Assembly (NCBI GenBank): GCA_020851975.1
Contig: JADZBS010000030.1
Span: 2,101-66,100 of the forward strand
Origin: Gammaproteobacteria bacterium
Lineage (GTDB): Bacteria > Pseudomonadota > Gammaproteobacteria > Steroidobacterales > GCA-2729495
Direction: 5' to 3'
DNA length: 64,000 bases
Shown here: positions 63,439 through 64,000 of the stretch, piece by piece
Layout of the letters: every line of letters starts with the position of its first letter
How positions within the stretch are numbered: the stretch's first letter is position 1
Made by a program: the position numbers and the translations under genes
The notes under the pieces: generated by a model
Told to the model about the DNA's origin: nothing
The model's database searches: none
What the model saw: only the letters and a program-made list of their open reading frames with translations

Positions 63439-64000
63439 CAGATCGCGGCGACTGCGAGCGCTGCCGGCGAGATCACGGCCAGCGAATAGCGGATGCCGTC
63501 GGCCTGGGTGAACAGATGGTCGGACAACAGCGCCACGGCGGTGGATCCCAGGCCGATGCCGATGAGATTCACGACGAACAGGTAGAACGCCGACATCTGG
63601 CCGCGCAGTTCACCCGGCACGAGTTCCTGCAGGGCAGCCGCGGCGGCGGCGATCGGCATGATCGAGAACAGGTAGGCGAGCCCGAACAGGACGACCGCGA
63701 GCACCGGGCTCGACTGGAACCCCAGCAGCGTGCCGGCCGGAATGCCACAGAGCGAGGCCCAGAGGCAGAGCCGCATGCGGCCGACGGTCCGTTCCCGTGC
63801 AAACTGGCGGTCTGCCAGCCAGCCGCCGCCCGTGAGGCCGAGCAGACCGCCGACCAGGAGCGCGATGCCCACGGCGAGGCCAGCCTGCGCGATCGACCAC
63901 CCATAGGTGCGCACCAGCATCACGGGCATCCAGGACACGATGGCAAACGCCCCGAGGTTCGAGAACGCCACGCCGAGGTGATGGCCGGCGAGGGCGCGGC
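63381..64000 (-). CDS. MFS transporter, C-terminal half (the 5' end lies beyond the window)
   Basis: Six hydrophobic helices with MFS-like loops (...GWLADR..R...). The frame stays open to the window edge, and the 3' end overlaps the convergent ligase gene. Confidence 0.7.
   Translation of the reverse strand, partial: RALAGHHLGVAFSNLGAFAIVSWMPVMLVRTYGWSIAQAGLAVGIALLVGGLLGLTGGGWLADRQFARERTVGRMRLCLWASLCGIPAGTLLGFQSSPVLAVVLFGLAYLFSIMPIAAAAAALQELVPGELRGQMSAFYLFVVNLIGIGLGSTAVALLSDHLFTQADGIRYSLAVISPAALAVAAICYRFSFGPVARATASAAAM

Noticed and set aside
1-64000. CRISPR arrays, tRNA/rRNA genes, insertion sequences, integrases, prophage genes or defence-system genes.
   Set aside because: Every gap between supported genes is under 370 bp. 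None of the gaps shows repeat-spacer periodicity or a tRNA-like cloverleaf, and no ORF resembles a transposase, recombinase, nuclease-helicase or other defence component.

Overview
A 64-kb stretch of a high-GC proteobacterial chromosome (gamma/beta-like gene content; no closer taxon can be assigned from sequence alone). It is densely packed with about 55 protein-coding genes. I found no rRNA, tRNA, CRISPR array, transposase, integrase or phage gene. Most of the very long ORFs in the six-frame track are alternative-frame or antisense artefacts of the GC content. I picked the real frame at each locus from family-level motif recognition, G/C-rich third codon positions, and start-codon/SD context.

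Gene content, in order:
- 3' end of an RND efflux pump.
- A 1,400-aa two-module membrane protein followed by a DUF4157/HExxH protein.
- A split hotdog hydratase pair plus an SDR.
- A glutamate/proline/GABA block (GDH, putA, gabT) with a thioesterase, a DUF502 protein and a PhyH dioxygenase.
- A redox/NO block: NnrS, a DHOD-like protein, PFOR, divergent fdxA, two tandem MORN-variant repeat proteins, quinol NO reductase and three unknown membrane proteins.
- glnE.
- An LPS inner-core/lipid A block (GT4, hldD, waaF, GT9, kdkA, lpxL).
- htpX.
- An envelope block: an exported AstE/AspA-family lipoprotein, an MltD-like transglycosylase, an L,D-transpeptidase and ppnN.
- Small ORFs, htpG, a 2-hydroxyacid dehydrogenase and two paralogous VOC proteins.
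- A lipid/acyl-CoA catabolic neighbourhood: three acyl-CoA synthetases, enoyl-CoA hydratase, quinone oxidoreductase, TonB-dependent receptor, alpha/beta hydrolase, a DUF3604 protein with a PPIase-like partner, and an MFS fragment.

Most noteworthy observations:
- A single in-frame TAG splits an otherwise intact PFOR inside a conserved motif.
- A second same-frame pair of small ORFs is separated only by a TGA.
- The giant membrane protein is internally duplicated.
- The unknown membrane-protein trio sits behind the qNOR terminator.
- A conserved-looking operon of exported proteins of unknown function (alpha/beta hydrolase, PPIase-like, DUF3604) lies in the catabolic neighbourhood.

I cannot point to a clear, self-contained novel system such as a defence island. 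All functional calls are motif recognition by eye and need database confirmation.
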